Assembly: GCA_028534125.1 (NCBI GenBank)
Contig: CM052818.1
Location: 37,698,001 to 37,762,000, forward strand
Source of the DNA: Lama glama
Lineage: Eukaryota
Direction of reading: 5' to 3'
DNA length: 64,000 nt
Below, piece after piece: positions 1 through 12,592 of the stretch; within the stretch, counting starts at the first letter, position 1; each line of letters opens with the position of its first letter. Both the position numbers and the translations under genes were made by a program. The notes below the pieces were generated by a model that was given only the letters and a program-made list of their open reading frames with translations, was not told where the DNA came from and made no database searches.

Positions 1-2789
1 CTACTCAAGCTGACTAATATAACACCAAGAATTTATAAATTATAAATGATCTGAAATAACTTTTAAAACACTCAAGATTGTGATGTTTAAAGAGATAAAA
101 CTCACTTAAATAAGAGAAACAAAATGGTAATGACTAATTGGAAATTCCAGTTATGAAGAATATAGTTATTCATTTACACAACTGGACATTAATTATCAGA
201 GTAAAAGTAGATTTCTTAGAAATCTGAAAGGGCTGAAACCATTGCAAACCTCAGACCCACCTGGCTGGCTCTGAGTATAAACATATGCAAGTGCTGGGCA
301 GTATCTAACAAAAATTTTAGCTTAAAACAATGAAGGAAAAAATTCAAAAGAAAAAATGGGATCACTAGTTAGTGAAAATAAAGGAGAATTTCAAAGTCAT
401 GTCCTTAGGTTGCATATGATGCCAACCTGGGACTATGATATAAAGAATCTGCTGAGCAAGCACTTCTGCTAACCAGGTGGATGTCTCGGGGAGGGGAGAG
501 GGATGACAATGCTACTGTTCAAACTCTGAATTAACAGTGACCTTCTGAAACATGGAGTCCTGAGTGTTGGCTTATGGAATCTGAACTATTATAAAGTGGC
601 ATCAAAGTGGCTGGAGAGAGATAGGAGTTCTTACTGGTTGCTTAAACCTCAAGGGAGGTTGGCTGGAGGATTTAGAACAGTGGGCTACCTTCTTTAACCT
701 TGACTTAAATGAGACTCTGACCTCAATTCTTGTCTGAAACTCAGCTTCTCAGCTTCTCCTCAGAAAAGAGCCCTGGACTGTGTGACCTCCCTAAATATTG
801 TAAGACACGTATGCATGTCTCAACTAAAATGTCGTGATGTCCAACTGAAAGAGTCTGGATATAAATGCTGCGCTTTTCAGAGGAAAGGAGACAAAGGGCC
901 CCTGCTTTATTTTTCTCTTCTGCAGGGAGGGTCATCGTGACGAGGACAGTAGCAACTGAGCTGCGCCTGCCCCAGCCCACTGGGAAGTTCTGTCTCCTCC
1001 TTTCTCCTCCTTGTCTTTCTGCCAAGAGGGCCAGCCCCCTCACTGTGTTCCCAGGTTTAGGGCAACTTACAAAGCAATGTTCCTCTCCCTCAGTCTTTTA
1101 AGAATCTTAGGAATATAAATTTATTTCTAGAAAAGCAAGATGAGAATGAGTAGCATTATTTTCCTTAGGGCTTATGCTTTATCTGTGGTTGTAGTTATTC
1201 GCTTTCCTAAACTTTCTTTCTTCATAGAAAAGTTGACAGCAATCCAGGGTTATAAATATTCTATGTGATAGCCACTGGAGTTGAACTCTTTGCATCGATT
1301 TCTAAAATAAAAATAATAATAATAATAATAATTGCCTTTGCTCGTTGCCATAAATTTAAATAATGTTTGAGCATCATTCTTCCACTCAAGGTGACATTAG
1401 TGATAAACCTGGGATGGGTGCTCTGTAAATATTAATAACATATCAAAACCTGTAATTTGTCAGTCAATATTGCTACAAAATTGGTCCAAATAATGGAATA
1501 TGAGGCATCAGTGACCATCAGAACAAATTCAAAACGTGCCCAGATTGATTAAAAGAATTGGAGAGAATTGTTAATATACAATTGCTTTTTAAAAGTCTTT
1601 GCATTATTTGGTTGAAAGATCATTGCTGGCATCTCAGCCCTACATTTTAATGTTATTAAAAGTGCCTCATTTTCTAGGAAAGATGTTAAGAAAATGTGAT
1701 TCAGTAATGTTCTAATTTTTGTAACTAACACACATTACATTTATAACTAGGGAACAATATGCATTAAAATAATAATGGCTCGGGTATTTTGCCTTAAAAA
1801 CATTGAAAATTACAAAATGGAAGTGTAAGCAATGCAAAATCTAACCCTCTATTCAAAACACATAGACATGATATACAAAATAAGTTTTAAAATTTTAAAT
1901 AAATGTCTGGATAAATGTTTATACTCAAAGTCATGAGCATAATTTCTGAGTAAGGCAGAGAGAAAAACCTAGAGCCAAAGGATCTATGGGAAGTCAGGGC
2001 TACATATAAATGATCTGGTTCAATTTTCAATGCCAGCCGAGGAACAGATGCCAAGTGCATCTTCTATTTGGTAAGCAACAAGAACCCAGTTCTCTATGTG
2101 TGAATAGGGATTAACCTTTGCATCTTTTTAGTATGCTGTGACTGAAAGGTACCATCCCTCTCAGACGCTGACCCTAGCCACTTTGCCATTTCTATAATGA
2201 TTGATGATGAGAATGACAGCAAATTTCTCATCACCAATAATATCTGCTAGAAGACAAAGCTGCAATAGTTCCAAAAGGTTGGGTGAAATAACTGTCTATG
2301 CAGGTCTAAATTAGAACTCGAGAATGAGGGCTGCATAAAGACATTGTCAAGCTTAGAAAAGCTTAGCAAAGCACTAAAAGGAGACTGAAATGAAAAAATT
2401 AAAATAATTCAAATTTAATAATAAAATACAAAATATTTACAAAGGAAATTGATTACATTGTAAATCTAATTACAAATTAATTATACATTATCATGATAAC
2501 AACATGAATTATTTTATTGCAAAGTGAACTAGAATAAAAATTTTAAGAATAAGGCATGGAATTGGGAAGAGGGTAGTTAGAATGAGAGAAGTTAAAAGAG
2601 TCTAAGGCCTTATTTCTGGAGGAAAATAAAACAGATCACATTTTAAAATGTTTTTAAAATATAAAACATATGTTAGAATTTTTAAAAACAAATGTACAAA
2701 CAGATAAGAAAACAAATAGAATACTTAACTTTGATGTAGTAGAAAAATAAGGTGGTACTTTTTAAAACTTACTGTTTTATAAGTAAAGG

Positions 2790-2931
2790 ATGTCAACATT
2801 GAACAGCCATGCCAGCTCTGGATGATTTACCCAAACTTCGTGTATGAACAAAGTGAACTTCTGGCTCATTGATGCCTTTGAATCTTAGGTTTTCTCTGTT
2901 GTAGTCTCTTAACTTACACTTAACTAATACA
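2790..2931 (+). mobile_element. MaLR MLT1 (MLT1J/H-like) 5' LTR, 3' part only
   Basis: Ends in ...CTTAACTTACACTTAACTAATACA, a typical MLT1 LTR terminus. It resembles the end of the LTR at 3811-4297 and is followed by MLT-internal-like sequence. Left boundary approximate. Confidence 0.6.
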
Positions 2932-3810
2932 GATTTTGCTAATAAAGTGGAATCCTGTCGCAACAAAACTAAAATGACATCATTGACATTCGCTCAGGCA
3001 ACAGCTACGCAGGACACAAACTTCTAGCTAAAGAGTCAGTAACTATATTTATGGGTCAGGGTTCACCCTTCAACGACAGAAACAGATCCAGTAGGATCTC
3101 CCTAGTTATCAATATCTATCATCCATCTATCAGTCAATCTATCATCTATAACCTATCTATCTTCATCATCTCATCTATGTAGCCATCTACATGGCTTACG
3201 TGATTGTGAGGGCTTGCTAGGCAAGTCTAAAATCCAGAGGGCAGGCCATCAAGGACAGAGTGGAACCATTAGGCATGGGCTATAACTGCTGTCCACACAA
3301 GAAATTTCTTCTTCAGGGAAGCTTCAGCTCCACTTTTAAGACTTTTCAACCGACTGAACCAGGCCAACTCAGATTGATTTTAAGAGTCAACTGATTATGA
3401 ACTTCAGTCACATCTACAAAATACGAAATGTGGGTGTTAACTGCCTTATTCTTGGCAATTTTAGGAAACTTCTATGAGAAAGATAAACTCAGTTTGTACT
3501 TAAGTGAGTTTGCAAGCAGAGAGGAAATGAAGAAACTCTACAGAGGGAGACTCTCTCTGCCTGAGAACTGTCTCTAATTCATTTGGAGATTCCAGGGTTA
3601 AAATCCAAAATTTAAGCAGTGGTAAGAGACGTTATCTAGGCTTGCTGGAGAAGTTTGCGTATTACCGAGGAACCCTCGAATTGGAGCTCTAGTAAAGAGA
3701 TGCAGTTATTAGGTGGGACGTTGTGTTGTCTCTCTTAGAGAAGAAGTGAACTTGTTTCATTTTGGAAATAAGGGTGCATTTGAAAAGTTTGATCTCCAAA
3801 GAGGGGGGAT
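2932..3810 (+). mobile_element. MLT1 internal region, interrupted by an MLT2 LTR
   Basis: Starts GATTTTGCTAATAAAGTGGAATCCTGTCGCAACAAAACTAAAATG, like an MLT-int 5' end. Resumes at about 3425 and ends in the polypurine tract AAAGAGGGGGGA (3798-3809) just before the TG of the next LTR. Confidence 0.55.
3044..3424 (-). mobile_element. ERVL MLT2 LTR (MLT2C/D-like), truncated
   Basis: GTCAGGGTTC...GAAACAGATCCAGTAGGAT, a (TCTA)-rich tract, TGGCTTACGTGATTGTG...GGCAAGTCTAAAATCC and GTCAACTGATTATGAAC...CACATCTACAAAATAC all match the reverse MLT2 LTR pattern. Confidence 0.8.
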
Positions 3811-4297
3811 TGTGACAACACCATGATTTGCAAGCCCAAAGCCAATGGCTCTTCCCTTCTATAACACTAGAATTTCAGCTGTGCACACTGGTGTGCAGCT
3901 AAATGACTGTATTTCACAAACTCCCTTGGAGATAAGGGTGGCCATATAAGTAAGTTTTGGCCAATGTAAAATGAAAGCAAGTGCTGTGAGTGACCAAGTC
4001 ACGTCCTTAAGAAGGAGATAGATCCTCCCTTTACAATTTCTCCCTTCTTACCAGCTACATGCTTTTATGATGGTGGGAGCTGGACTGATCATCTTGAACT
4101 ATGAGATGGAGATTTTAATGACAGCAGAGAAAGAAGAAAGAAGTAGCTTGGATCTGTTACAGTATAGAGATGTGGTACCTGCCTTGTCCCACCAAAGTAG
4201 ACTTTTATATTAGTGATAACTAAATACCCACTTTGTTTGAGCTAACATATTTATGAGCCACTTTGTTATAACACCTTAACCTACATGCTAATTCATA
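3811..4297 (+). mobile_element. MaLR MLT1 (MLT1J/H-like) 3' LTR
   Basis: Begins TGTG after the PPT. Contains TATTTCACAAACTCCCTTGGAGATAAGGGTGGCCATATAAGTAAGTTTTGGCCAATG, the MLT1H/I/J core, and ends ...CCTTAACCTACATGCTAATTCATA. Confidence 0.8.
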
Positions 4298-4329
4298 TTC
4301 ATCATAGATTGGAATTACCTACAAAAATT

Positions 4330-5200
4330 AGTATCAGCTCTAGAATTTACAATCTATAAAATAATAAAAATCATTTAAAAAAAGATATCCTACTCTGTTG
4401 AAAAATGTAAAACTACAGACAGGCAATTCACAGAAAAAGAAACTGAAATAGCAACTGCACATATGGAAAGACATTCCACATCTCTAATAACTAGGATTGT
4501 AATTTAAAATAACAAGGATGGTTTGTCAGTAGTCAAATTTTCAGTCAATAAAGTTTTTGTCAATAGCAAGATTTGGTAACAGAAATTGGTACTTTCATAT
4601 ATTGTTTTAGGGACTGTAATATGTTGCAACCACTTTGGAAAATAATTTTGCACCATCTAGTAACATTTAAAGTGCGTATGTTCCATGTCTCAGAAGTGTG
4701 CATTTTTGGATCAGTGCATCCTGTAATGCGTGGTTTATAGTAGGAAAAAAATCACAAACAAACGTATCTGAAAATAACTTAAATACCCATTAAATATGAA
4801 CCGATAAATACATGTGGTCTATTCAGAGTGTAGAATAGACCTAAACTCATACACACATATGGAGAAATTATGATACTGAGAGGTAAAAGCAAACTCAGAT
4901 GGATAAATGCATACAGCGCTACACCACTTATGGAAAATGTTTAAGCACGTACATAAAATATGCCATGTTATATGTATGAAAAGGCTAGCAGGATCATGCT
5001 ATGACATCCATTAGCTCTAAGAAAGAGCATAGGAAATGGAACTGGCTGTGAGAGGAAAAAGCAAACAATCCCTAAGATTTTTTTTTTAATTAAAGACATG
5101 ACAATATTAAAAAAAAATGACAACATGTAAACAGCCACCAATTCAGGGGGTTGGAATCATGAGGGTTTGTTATAGTATTATTTCTAGTTTCGTGGCATTT
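4330..5200 (+). mobile_element. Old L1 (L1ME-like) ORF2 3' end and 3'UTR
   Basis: GACAGGCAATTCACAGAAAAAGAAACTGAAATAGC and GCAACCACTTTGGAAAATAATTTTGCACCATCTAGTAA are conserved L1 3' motifs. Heavily decayed. Confidence 0.65.
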
Positions 5201-6429
5201 CTTCTTAAAAAATAGCACAGAAAATTTATCAATATTACAAGGCCCATTTCATTGTAAGAGGTTTCTTCATTTAAATTTGGCAAAATAGATATTACTTTTA
5301 TTAACATGAAAATTTGAGGCACAATTCTGTGAGACTTTTATATACATTTAGTTAGAATTTTCTAGAACCAAGTTATTCAAAGTTCTAAATACCCATATAT
5401 TCCAGTTTTCGACTCCATGCCTATCAGAGACCTCAATTTCAACATGTGAACAGCTTAGCTAATGATTTTTTTTTTTTGGTACCCAGGAAATCCCAAAATA
5501 TTTTTTGTATTCTTTACCTTTCCGCACTGGAGATTCTAAAGTTGCTTTTAAAATTTGATTCGCTCCTGGAAGTGAAAAAGACACTCTTCTCTAACTAACC
5601 AATATCACAGGACACAGTGACCCATTGAAATAATTTTGCACATAGAGATTTATCCAAATTATATTTTGTGTAATAAATGCCTCCAGAACAAATAATTTCA
5701 AAGTGTTCATTGAAGATATCCTGGATGGCAGGTGCGACTGTGAGGTAGAAAAAAATGTAAGTCTTTGCGTATGAGATATTTACCTTTCCTTTAGGGAACC
5801 AAAACAGAGGCCCAGGAATTAATTGGAGCACAAAGTAGCACTGAGTGCTAAACTCTGGTGAGCTCTCAGAGTCAGGAGAGATGTGAACTAGAGAAGATCT
5901 CAGAATGGATTAGAGAATTGAGCTGGAGAGGCAGCAGGATGGAACTTCCCAAAGACAAGAAAAGAAAATTATCTATTATATTAAGGAGGTTCAGAAGAGA
6001 AACCAAGCAGATAGGAGACCCAGGGATGCACGTTGAAAAGCAATGGAGGTCAGGTTTGTCTTTGTAAGGTTGACTCTGGTCATGCAAGGTCATGAAAGCC
6101 AGGTTAAAACTAGAGTTCAGTTGAAGATCAAGAGCCCCGGATTTCTCTGAGTTGGAAATAAAGCTACTCATACATGGGGCTTGGGGGCCAAATTGAAAGT
6201 TTCAGTTATTGGATAGTAATTATTTGGTTTCAGTTAGAACTGGGAACTTTAGGTTAAGGGATAAGCTTAAGAATTGCAACGGACAGCCACAAGAGTCTAG
6301 CAAGTCAGAATTCCTCAAGGAGGGAAGGTGTCCAAGAAAGCAGAGTAATGATGTCCATTGGCACTTCGATTGTCAACTCAGCATCTGATTTTTCTCTTCC
6401 TGATGAGGGGCCTGGTTAAGGAGGAGGAG

Positions 6430-6615
6430 TTGTATGTGTGGAGCCTCTACTACCTTCAGACGTGAGTGTGAGCCATTGGACTGTTCCTCACAACTCCACA
6501 AGGCAGCATCGTTATTGCTGCACCACAAGTGAAACTGAGGCACGGAGGATTGAAGCCGTGTCCCAAGGTCACACAGTACATACATGTTCAAGCCCGGCTC
6601 AAAATTCAGGCTTGG
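6430..6615 (-). mobile_element. MIR SINE
   Basis: GAAACTGAGGCACGGAGGATTGAAGCCGTGTCCCAAGGTCACACAG is the reverse MIR core. Confidence 0.75.
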
Positions 6616-7619
6616 GCGGTGGGCGGTGAGGTGGGTTGGGACTTTGAATTCTGTGGTCTTTCAACTGCCTCTGACCTCCAGGGAGCCGGGCACCACCGTG
6701 CCAGATAGCCCAGCTGAACTAGGACTCCAGGCACAAATTCTGCTTTCCAGCCGCTTGCACCAGCCCCTTGAAAGCCTGCTCTGCTCTTTTTGTGAAGGAA
6801 GCCTCAAGACAGTGTTTCAGGAGATGAAATGGGCAATATTGAGGGGGGAGAAAAAGCACAATTTGACCAAAGACAAGCATGGCTGTATCTGGAAATAGAT
6901 GCTCTGCTTCACTACCTCCTGACTCTGTGTGGATATTCCCCCGGGAACACAGGGGACTGTTACGGGCAGGACTTAGATTATCAGTAAGTGCTGGGTACAG
7001 CTCTGTGGTGGGCGTCTCTCTGAGTTACTGAGGCAAGAGATAAGCTGGAGACTCATTCGATTGTGAAATTGTTTAAAGGGGAGAAAACAAATACCGCCCT
7101 TATCCCATACTCACATATGCCAACCATCTTGAGTGGAAAAAAGCGATTCTCTCGATATTAAAATTAACCATTTTGTCACTGTTGCCTGCTTCTCCCTGTG
7201 TTTAAGGAAATCTTCAATAACTTTTGGGGAGGATCAAGATACCTCTCAAAGCAAATGCTTAGTGGACAGCCAAAGTACCACAAAAAGGAATTAAAAATTC
7301 TAACTGAGAATCCCAAGTCTGTAGTTTCTAGTGACACACTAAAGTTTAGCTCATAGCTTTGGCAAATGTACTATGGCTGTGTAAGATGCTAGCATTGAAA
7401 ACCATAACTGGGGCCATTTGGACAAATAGAATATAGTACCATTCTTGAGTTAGCCTTTTTATAGATTTCAGAGTCCGGGAACTCATGTTGGAAAAAAAAG
7501 TGCTCTTTATAAACTCTAAGAGCTAAATATTGGGCTGGAGCTGATGCACTGTTTATCTAGGAAGTCACCCCAAAATTCAACATACTTCCTAACCTAGGAT
7601 CTTATGCAGCGGGACACTA

Positions 7620-7770
7620 CAGTGCTAGGAGGGCATAGAACACAGGGTTCAATGGACTGATACATCTGCCACTTCCTGGATCTACCTAGGTCTTTGGCAT
7701 TGTACTAATGACCTTAATTCTCAAGGGGGAGAAAAGAATATATATATCTCCTTATTGTAAAATGCTCTTA
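7620..7770 (+). mobile_element. MIR SINE, degenerate
   Basis: TCTGCCACTTCCTGG...TCTCCTTATTGTAAAATG resembles the MIR core. Confidence 0.4.
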
Positions 7771-8005
7771 AGCTTTCTTGAATGGGATCACTATTCACAG
7801 CTTTATACTAATTTCCAGGAGTTAATCTGCCTATTACTTTCTAGGTAATTGATTTTTCCTTTGTTAGCATTATTATTTAGAGTCTAATTCTATGCTTTTA
7901 AGAGAAGAACCAGTTAGAGTTTCTGAAGGAAGGTGAGATATTAATGAGGATGGGGCTTTTGGAGCATCTAAATACCTGGGTTTCCTCGCATCTTTGGTGT
8001 TAGAA

Positions 8006-8115
8006 AGAGGACCATACAGGACCATGCCTGGAACAGTCCTGATCTCTACCTGTTGTCCCAGCTCCCCCTTTCAACTTCAGAAGTGTTCCACTGCAGGTGA
8101 TTATATTGTCACCTA
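8006..8115. mobile_element. hAT-Blackjack MITE (MER94/MER81-like)
   Basis: GACCATAC...TGCCTGGAACAGTCCTG...CCTGTTGTCCC...CCCCCTTTCA...AAGTGTTCC...ATTATATTGTCACCTA follows the MER94 pattern with degenerate GGTGACCAT-type TIRs. Confidence 0.6.
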
Positions 8116-8850
8116 TTTACAGACTGACCAACAGCACTTCTTCACATTACAGTGAGGAAATAGTGATCCAGTGGGACTGAAAGATTTACATGAGGCCAGC
8201 CAGACAGCTTCATGCTCAAACCGGGTCGTAGCATCATCTCTGTAGTTGGTTAGGTCTCTTGAAAGTGGATGAGGGAAGGTGATAAATATTAGATTTTAGG
8301 GAGACACTTGTGAAAACCCAAGCACAAGCTGTTCATCTTGGCTCGAAGACCACTCAACCGAGAAATGCAGAGGGTCCCTAGATCCAACCCGAAAGTGCTC
8401 TCTATGGGATGTGTGGCACCGTGGAAGCATTTGAATTGGTGGCATTGTAGAGACATCTGAATTAGGAGCTCTTGCCAAATGCTAACTTATACTTGGCACT
8501 TATAAACAATTTTAATAATATAATTTATATTAAACTTACGAGGGATTTTATAGCAGGGGAGTAGGGGGACCCAGCTATTCATAAATGTGAATTAATTGGG
8601 AATTGCTCCCTCAAAAGCAGCTGTGTTTGCAGCTACAGAACACCTCCTCCCCTCTGTTCTCCAACTCTGCCGCGGGGGAGGCGAGCTGAAGAAACATAAT
8701 GTGCTGTGAGCGTTCACGGACACAAAGCCATCTAGTTCCGGGGCTGGATGGGTTCCAGTTCTTATGAACTCTCCACTGCAATGCTGCAGAATTAAACATG
8801 ACAAAGCTCTCCTAATAAGGCAGCCGTGATAGCAGAGGGCCCTTCACAAC

Positions 8851-8867
8851 TGACCTTTAGATGAACT
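8851..8867 (-). promoter_or_regulatory. Perfect DR5 nuclear-receptor element (RARE-type), candidate
   Basis: TGACCT-TTAGA-TGAACT reads AGTTCA-n5-AGGTCA on the minus strand. It sits in a non-repetitive block. Function is not shown. Confidence 0.4.
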
Positions 8868-9484
8868 TAATTACCATCAGCAAGAGAAAATGCTAGGCCT
8901 TTCATACAGCATAATGGAGTTTCTCTAATTTGTTTACCAGCGATGCCCAGCAAGGGCCTTCTCCCCACAGAAGGCTTTGGTGTGCAGAAATGAATCTAGG
9001 CAACCACATATTAGAGAGGCTGGCAGATTAGGCTGGGAGGTGTGCATATTACAAAGGGATCAAGAGTCCTGGAAGACAAATCCCTCTTGCAGTTGGCTCT
9101 CACTTTGGGGTTATTGTCTAACTGGATGTTATGAATTCATTCAGTACTACGTATGAAAACATTTAAATCATCGATGGCAACAGGAAACTGAAGTTTATGG
9201 CTATTGGGGCCTGGAAGGGATTTTGAGTGTCTGATAAGTAATTTTCAGGCTCACAGAATCAACATTTCATACCTTATGTCTTATAAGGATCTTTATTTCT
9301 TTTTAGACTAGGAGACAAAAGTAGCATCTTTTTCCAGTTTAATATCTGCTGATATGTACTGGTATAAAATCAAATTCCAACATAATCTAAATATGCATTA
9401 ATAAAGAAGCCAATAATTCTAAATTCTAAAATTGTTTCTAAAATGTGTAGCACCTATTTTCCCATTCTTCTCAGTTAGGTCAAG

Positions 9485-9485
<1 letters not shown>

Positions 9486-9528
<43 letters not shown>

Positions 9529-9541
9529 ATATACACACACA
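9486..9541. repeat. (CA)n microsatellite
   Basis: About 20 pure CA units (9486-9526) plus an imperfect extension. Confidence 0.97.
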
Positions 9542-9850
9542 ATAGACCAAAGAACTCTGACTTCAAGTCCAATACGAATGTTAGAAACGGAGTCCACATA
9601 TTTTTCTGTGTTTCTTCTTGCAGCTTGGCCAAAGAAGAGTGTATCCATTGTCAGTATGAGGTTCACTGATGTTATGATGAAGGGTTGATGACTGAATGCA
9701 GAGATAAATGCTTCTCCAGCTACCAAAAGACAGAAGTATTGAAATATTCCAGATCATATATTTTGCAAGCAAAAATAACACCCCATAAGCCTTTTGTGTT
9801 GGCGAATTCTGGCCCCTTGGTGGATAAGTTTGACCACCTGTGCTCTAGGG

Positions 9851-10124
9851 CTGTACTATCACACTGTCTGACATGAAGAACTCTTTTAAAAAAAAATGCC
9901 ATTCCTTTACACATTGATAAGATAAACAAATTGCAGGGAAATTACTTTTAAAAATGATAACCAGTAAAATATAAGCCTGCTGTTTGAATAATTATTAGAC
10001 TCAACAGACATTAAAATTACTTTGTCAAACTGCTAGAGAAGTTTCTAAACATTTACTCTCAATTTCTGTGTTTATTGAATCACAGACTGACATCTTTGTG
10101 CAGACCACGTTTTGAGTAATCCCG
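9851..10124. mobile_element. hAT-Charlie MITE (MER5C-like) with 8-bp TSD
   Basis: ATTATTAGACTCAACAGACATTAAAATTACTTTGTCAAACTGCTAGAGAAGTTTCTAAACATTTACTCTCAATTTCTGT matches MER5C. Flanked by CTCTAGGG (9843-9850) and CTCTAAGG (10125-10132). Confidence 0.8.
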
Positions 10125-10175
10125 CTCTAAGGCATAGTGAGTTTAATATCCTCATCTTTTTTCCATGCTTTAGAC

Positions 10176-10398
10176 CAGGGATTGGCAAACTTTTTCTGAC
10201 AAGGACCAGAGAGTAAATAGTGTTGGCTTTGCAGGCCGTATGGTCTCCATCATAACTATTCAGCTCTGAAAATGGAGCATGAAAGTATCCATGGACAGTC
10301 TGTCAACCATGATCATGGCTGTATTCCAATAAAACTTTATGTACAAGAGCAGGCTACAGGTCAAATTTGGCCTGTGGGTGGCAGTTTGCCAGTGCCTG
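10176..10398. mobile_element. hAT-Charlie MITE MER58A, full length, with 8-bp TSD
   Basis: TIRs CAGGGATTGGCAAACT / AGTTTGCCAGTGCCTG and internal GGCTGTATTCCAATAAAACTTTAT. TSD CTTTAGAC (10168-10175) / CTTTAGAT (10399-10406). Confidence 0.92.
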
Positions 10399-12419
10399 CT
10401 TTAGATCTGAGCTATATTTCCATATGTCCTGAATATTTTGTGTTTTCAAAAAGCTTTTAGAATAGGATACTTACAGTGGTCTCTGTATATTTTAAATACA
10501 TTTTGCTATATGTCCGTAATGTGTGACCAGAACAACTTGAACTCAGTCACTACTAGGAGAGTTGCAAAGCACACCTAAGATTATATACACTCAAGTGTTT
10601 GTAATCGATGAATAATTATGCAAATGAGCTATTATTAGTGCTTGTGGGGAGAAGCTGGATCTACGTGACATTAAAAACAAACATAAAATTAAATGATGTA
10701 CACTGGAAAAGTTGTGATATTAACAATCTTGTCTCTTGAAAGACAACAGTGTAAGTGCCAATTACTCAGTGTGTATTGCCTAAATGAAGAAAGAGAATGT
10801 CAAACTTGAAATGAGAAGTACTGAATTTCATGTCAAAAATTCCTACTCACCCCTAGCCACCCCCTACCTCCCAGATAACTTGGCTTTACCTCCTGTTCTC
10901 TGAAGGGATTAGTCCCCTTGCTCACGCGGTGGCTTCACAGCGTCCGCCTATGAATCCAGCAGGGACTCTGGTCAGTTCGCCTCTAGGAAGATTTGAAGAT
11001 TTGGGGAAGATTGGTGTGTTTGTAGAAACCAACCCAGTTCCAGGTGAATATGCCTTTGCTACTGTTTAATGCACAGTCATCACCTAACTCTGTTCCTGGT
11101 ATGGAAAATGCAACCAATTGAAATTGTTAAAAAGACTTTCTGAAGCTTTTTGATAATTCTCTCTGCAGCAGTGTTCATTTCCAGGACATGCTGGCTGATA
11201 TCCTGCAATTAATGCTTCCCCGGTGGGTGGGGAATAGTCTGTCACCAGCCACAGACATAGCTAATGAACACAGTGGTCACCTTTTACTGCAGTGTGGAGC
11301 ATGTAGGCGTCTGTTGGGGCTATGGTTGCTCTATCTCATCTCTCCGAACTACCTGAATGCTCACACCCGCTCACACGTAAGGAGGCTTGGTATTTATTCA
11401 ATCTTTCATTGTCACCCTGGGACTGAGTCAAGGTCAGCTCACTTCTCACAGAGCATCTCTACCTCAGCTTTCTGGGATTTTTGTTTCGGAGCGGAGTGGT
11501 AGAAAAGGATGCTGAGGAAACACATCTTAGGAAATAGTACACAAATGATCAGACTGGTCAGGCAATATCCCTTCTTAGACATCTTGGAATTTCTTGATGG
11601 CAAGTGGCTTTGGAAGCAATAAGTGAGGTATAGCCGCAAAAATCTGTGTTAATTTCTCTCATTGTATGTGTTAGAATAGGCTTGTCTGGATGTTGAAAAA
11701 TTCCATTGCTTATACATTATTATTATCATTATTGATTTTGTGTATTTATTACTTGTAAACCACGCGTGTCACTAAGAAGAGTTACTTATCCATATGCATA
11801 AATTGGTGATTGTGTGGTCCCTGGGGGCTTGCACTTTTAGAAACCAAGGCTTGCCAGGGAGGGGGTGGTCTCAGACAGTCTGAGAAGTCGAGAGCTGAGG
11901 AGGACCTAATAATAATTTGGTTCTTCTGGGAAATGTGAAATCCAGAAGGAAAAGAAAGATCAAGGGTGGGTGGGCTGACTCTGAGAAGAGAACAGATGGG
12001 CCTGTGGTTCTGCCTGCCAAGGGGCATGGACAGAAAGAACTGGAAAGCTGTTCCCACTCCCCTTCCCCTCTGGACAGCAAACACGTACACCAGGGCTCCT
12101 TGTGGCTTGGGGCAGATGGGATGCTCAGGGAGAAGAGTCTGGCGGTGTCTTCCTCCAAAGAAAAGGAGGCGAGCCCGCGAGTCTCCCTTCCTCAGAACCC
12201 ACAGCCTGGCCTCTGCTCTGCATGTTGGCCTGCAGGATGGAAAACGCGTCAGGAAGGAGGGCTATGAAGAGTCTGCAAATGTTGCTGACACCATGTCCCC
12301 CTCCTGAACTGATTCCTGATTCGGAAAGATGTATTCAATTCAACATTTTATTATACTTTACGCTCTATGGTTTGTCCCTCGTGGAGGCTGCTGTGATATA
12401 ACACAGCCAGAAAAGAGGG

Positions 12420-12548
12420 GTATAACCCTGTTTATATGTTGCTGGATGTGGCTGGCTGCTATTCTGTTGAGTATTTTTGCATCTCTATTCTTAAGGTCTA
12501 TTGTTGGTTTTCTCATGGTGTCTTTGTTTTTCAAGTAATAGTGGCTTA
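12420..12548 (-). mobile_element. L1 ORF2 fragment
   Basis: TGTTGCTGGATGTGGCTGGCTGCTATTCTGTTGAGTATTTTTGCATCTCTATTC is the antisense of the L1 RT-region sequence. Confidence 0.65.
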
Positions 12549-12592
12549 AGGTTAAACTTTTTAAACATAATTTTTTTGGTCAGTTTTGCCAT

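Noticed and set aside
9601..9700. Acceptor-like TTTCTTCTTGCAG (9623) as a coding exon start
   Set aside because: No strong downstream donor, and all three frames reach stops within about 65 nt.
10618..10630. ATGCAAATGAGCT 13-mer shared with 58706-58718
   Set aside because: Tens of repeated 13-mers are expected by chance in 64 kb, and there is no flanking similarity.
11782..12401. Cluster of overlapping ~100-aa ORFs on both strands
   Set aside because: Expected in a locally GC-richer stretch. None resembles a protein I recognise.
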